64,000 nucleotides of DNA, taken from positions 343,898-407,897 of the forward strand of contig VMGC01000001.1 of NCBI GenBank assembly GCA_007376385.1, in the 5' to 3' direction. Source of the DNA: Parcubacteria group bacterium Gr01-1014_8. Lineage in GTDB: Bacteria > Patescibacteriota > Minisyncoccia > Phycocordibacterales > UBA2100. The notes beneath the pieces are model-generated. The model searched no databases and was not told where the DNA came from. It saw nothing but the letters and a program-made list of their open reading frames with translations. A program made the position numbers and the translations under genes. Positions 62,295 to 64,000 of the stretch are shown here, piece after piece (positions within the stretch are counted from its first letter, which is position 1; every line of letters begins with the position of its first letter).

Positions 62295-63785
62295 ATGTTT
62301 GATCGACTTAGAGAAATATTTTCAATGGATGCACGCTCACTCGCGGCAGTGCGTATTTTTTTGGCGTGTATCGTACTTGTAGACCTCTCGACTCGTCTTG
62401 CGGACATCGCCGTCTTTTACGGCGACGCAGGTTTGTTCCCCTCTGAATTGATATATACGTTTTGGACGGGGAATCTAGTGTGGTCCTTGCATACGCTTTG
62501 GGGTGGACCACTCATTCTTCTTGTCGGACTTTTTTTCGCACATGCCCTTGCAGCAGTTGCACTTCTTGTCGGTTATAAAACAAGGCTCGCGACAATCATT
62601 ACCTGGGTTCTTTTAGTCTCGCTTCACAATGCCAATCCTCTCATATTGCAAGGAGAGGATGTTCTTTTGCGCGCCGTTCTCTTTGTGAGCATCTTTCTTC
62701 CGCTTGGTGCTGCTTTTTCGATAGACAGTTTGCAGAGGCGTGAAAAAATAACCGGCTCTATTCTATCGGGTTGGACCATTGCGTTCCTCCTTCAGGATGC
62801 GTTCCTCTATTTCTTTGCCTCTATCTATAAGCACAGCCCGGAATGGCTTTCTGGTAATGCCATCTACTATTCTCTTTCAATAGACACCTACGCCACACCA
62901 TTTGGAAGATTCTTGCTGCAATTTCCGGAGCTCCTGACGTTTTTGACCTACAGCATTCTTATATTCCAAAGCTTTGCGCTGTTTCTTCTGTTCTCGCCGT
63001 ATCGCACTCCGTATCTCCGAACATTTGCTGTAGGTTCTTTGATATTCATGCACTCATCGCTCGCGCTCTGCATGCACCTAGGAATGTTCTCGTCTGTCGC
63101 AATTGCAACACTTCTCGGCTTCATACCTCCATTGGTTTGGGATTCACTGATCATCTATTCAAAAAAATTAATCCCGCTTGAGAAATGGAGTGTTCGCGTC
63201 CACAGACTGTTCAGCTCGAAAGAGCGGCAGGCGGATGATACTCGATTCTCCAGGCGCGTTGCGATGACAGTATCCCTCCTCGGCATTTTCTATATCACAT
63301 ATATATTTGTGTGGCAGTCAATGAACGTACTTAATCCGGGACAGTATGTGCCATTCAACTATGGTTTCGAAATGCCGGCAAAAGTGTTGCGGATAGACCA
63401 ACGATGGAATCTGTTTGCTCCGAATCCGAACAGAAATGATGGTTGGTTGGTCGCTGTTGCAACATTGAACAATGGTGAACAAGTGGACCTTTTTCGTGGA
63501 GGCACACCCGTCTCATTCTCCAAGCCAGAAAAAGTCTTTTCCATCTATCCGAGTCCTCGTTGGCGTCGCTATGTCTTGCATCTCCGGAGTCAAGAAAATG
63601 CTAGGTACAGGCCGTACTATGCGCAATATCTTTGCAACTCATGGGATCAACAGCACGACATTGCAATGCGGGCAGACAACATTGAATTGATATACATGTT
63701 GGAGTGGACACCTGCTCCGGGCTCGCCGTCGCCGACACCTCGGCCCGTTTCGCTATTGAAGCAGGAATGTCTGGCAGGGGAATAA
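62295..63785 (+). CDS. HTTM-domain (vitamin K-dependent gamma-carboxylase-like) polytopic membrane protein
   Basis: N-terminal 'MDARSLAAVRIFLACIVLVDL…' matches the HTTM start consensus (D-x-RSLA-x-FRI). Multiple TM helices across the first ~290 aa. About 200 aa soluble C-terminal domain. Confidence 0.6.
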   Translation: MFDRLREIFSMDARSLAAVRIFLACIVLVDLSTRLADIAVFYGDAGLFPSELIYTFWTGNLVWSLHTLWGGPLILLVGLFFAHALAAVALLVGYKTRLATIITWVLLVSLHNANPLILQGEDVLLRAVLFVSIFLPLGAAFSIDSLQRREKITGSILSGWTIAFLLQDAFLYFFASIYKHSPEWLSGNAIYYSLSIDTYATPFGRFLLQFPELLTFLTYSILIFQSFALFLLFSPYRTPYLRTFAVGSLIFMHSSLALCMHLGMFSSVAIATLLGFIPPLVWDSLIIYSKKLIPLEKWSVRVHRLFSSKERQADDTRFSRRVAMTVSLLGIFYITYIFVWQSMNVLNPGQYVPFNYGFEMPAKVLRIDQRWNLFAPNPNRNDGWLVAVATLNNGEQVDLFRGGTPVSFSKPEKVFSIYPSPRWRRYVLHLRSQENARYRPYYAQYLCNSWDQQHDIAMRADNIELIYMLEWTPAPGSPSPTPRPVSLLKQECLAGE

Positions 63786-64000
63786 CAGGTAGATAGTAAC
63801 CTTGGGGCCTGTTCACAGTTGCTTTACTGGAATCCGCCGAAAACGCCCAACGCTCTTGGCGCAGGGATCGACGGGACGGCCTTTTTTACTGTACGTACTT
63901 GCTGAATAAGTTCAGATACATTTGGCACTCCTCTAACTAGGGGAGAATGAGGCAATTCAACATATTCAGAGGCACGAAAGGATGGTTGTGGCTGTACGAG

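Noticed and set aside
1-64000. CRISPR array or cas genes
   Set aside because: No regularly spaced short direct repeats with unique spacers were seen. The tandem repeats present are coding (18-nt and 54-nt units) or palindromic REP/MITE-like.

Overview
This 64 kb window has moderate-to-high GC, is densely coded, and has the gene content of a reduced-genome Gram-positive-type bacterium, possibly a CPR/Patescibacteria-like lineage (inference from gene content, listed at the end).

Layout:
(1) 1-8856: a giant surface protein of more than 2941 aa, open at the left window edge and built from 'GNVGIGTTSP'-type repeats. It is followed immediately by an IS200/RAYT-like Y1 (HUH) transposase flanked by REP-like repeats, and by a diverged remnant of the giant protein's C-terminal motif.
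(2) 10.1-12.8 kb: three tandem secreted paralogs with hypervariable low-complexity middles and a shared ~120 aa C-terminal domain.
(3) 12.8-31.3 kb: an island of nine paralogous Cys/His-rich repeat proteins carrying an N-terminal signal anchor or signal peptide and recurring 'C-x-H-G-x-G-H' motifs. Interleaved are three cupredoxin-like His-cluster domains, two sulfatase-fold enzymes with a Thr at the nucleophile position, an Lnt-like N-acyltransferase and MITE-like hairpin repeats. I consider this the best candidate for an undescribed extracytoplasmic system.
(4) 32.4-57.8 kb: a housekeeping block containing gap, rpiB, rpe, aroQ, aroE, a DAHP synthase, aroB, a type IV pilin-like gene, a split transketolase, a PfkB kinase, a methyltransferase, bL25, a lysozyme-like coiled-coil protein, rpmE, prfA, rpsB, tsf, tRNA-Thr(UGU), a GT2 glycosyltransferase, pheS, pheT and gyrB.
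(5) 57.9-63.8 kb: a surface/secretion block with a CARDB-like protein, a sortase, a Tat-signal protein, an extremely acidic Cys/Asp/Tyr-rich protein with perfect 54-nt tandem repeats, a small Cys-rich secreted peptide and an HTTM (VKGC-like) membrane protein.

No rRNA, CRISPR array or reverse transcriptase was seen.

The lineage guess rests on the short ~240 aa PheS, split transketolase, Ctc-type L25, Cys-less L31, short EF-Ts and the type IV pilin. All protein-family calls are by eye from motifs, not from database searches.
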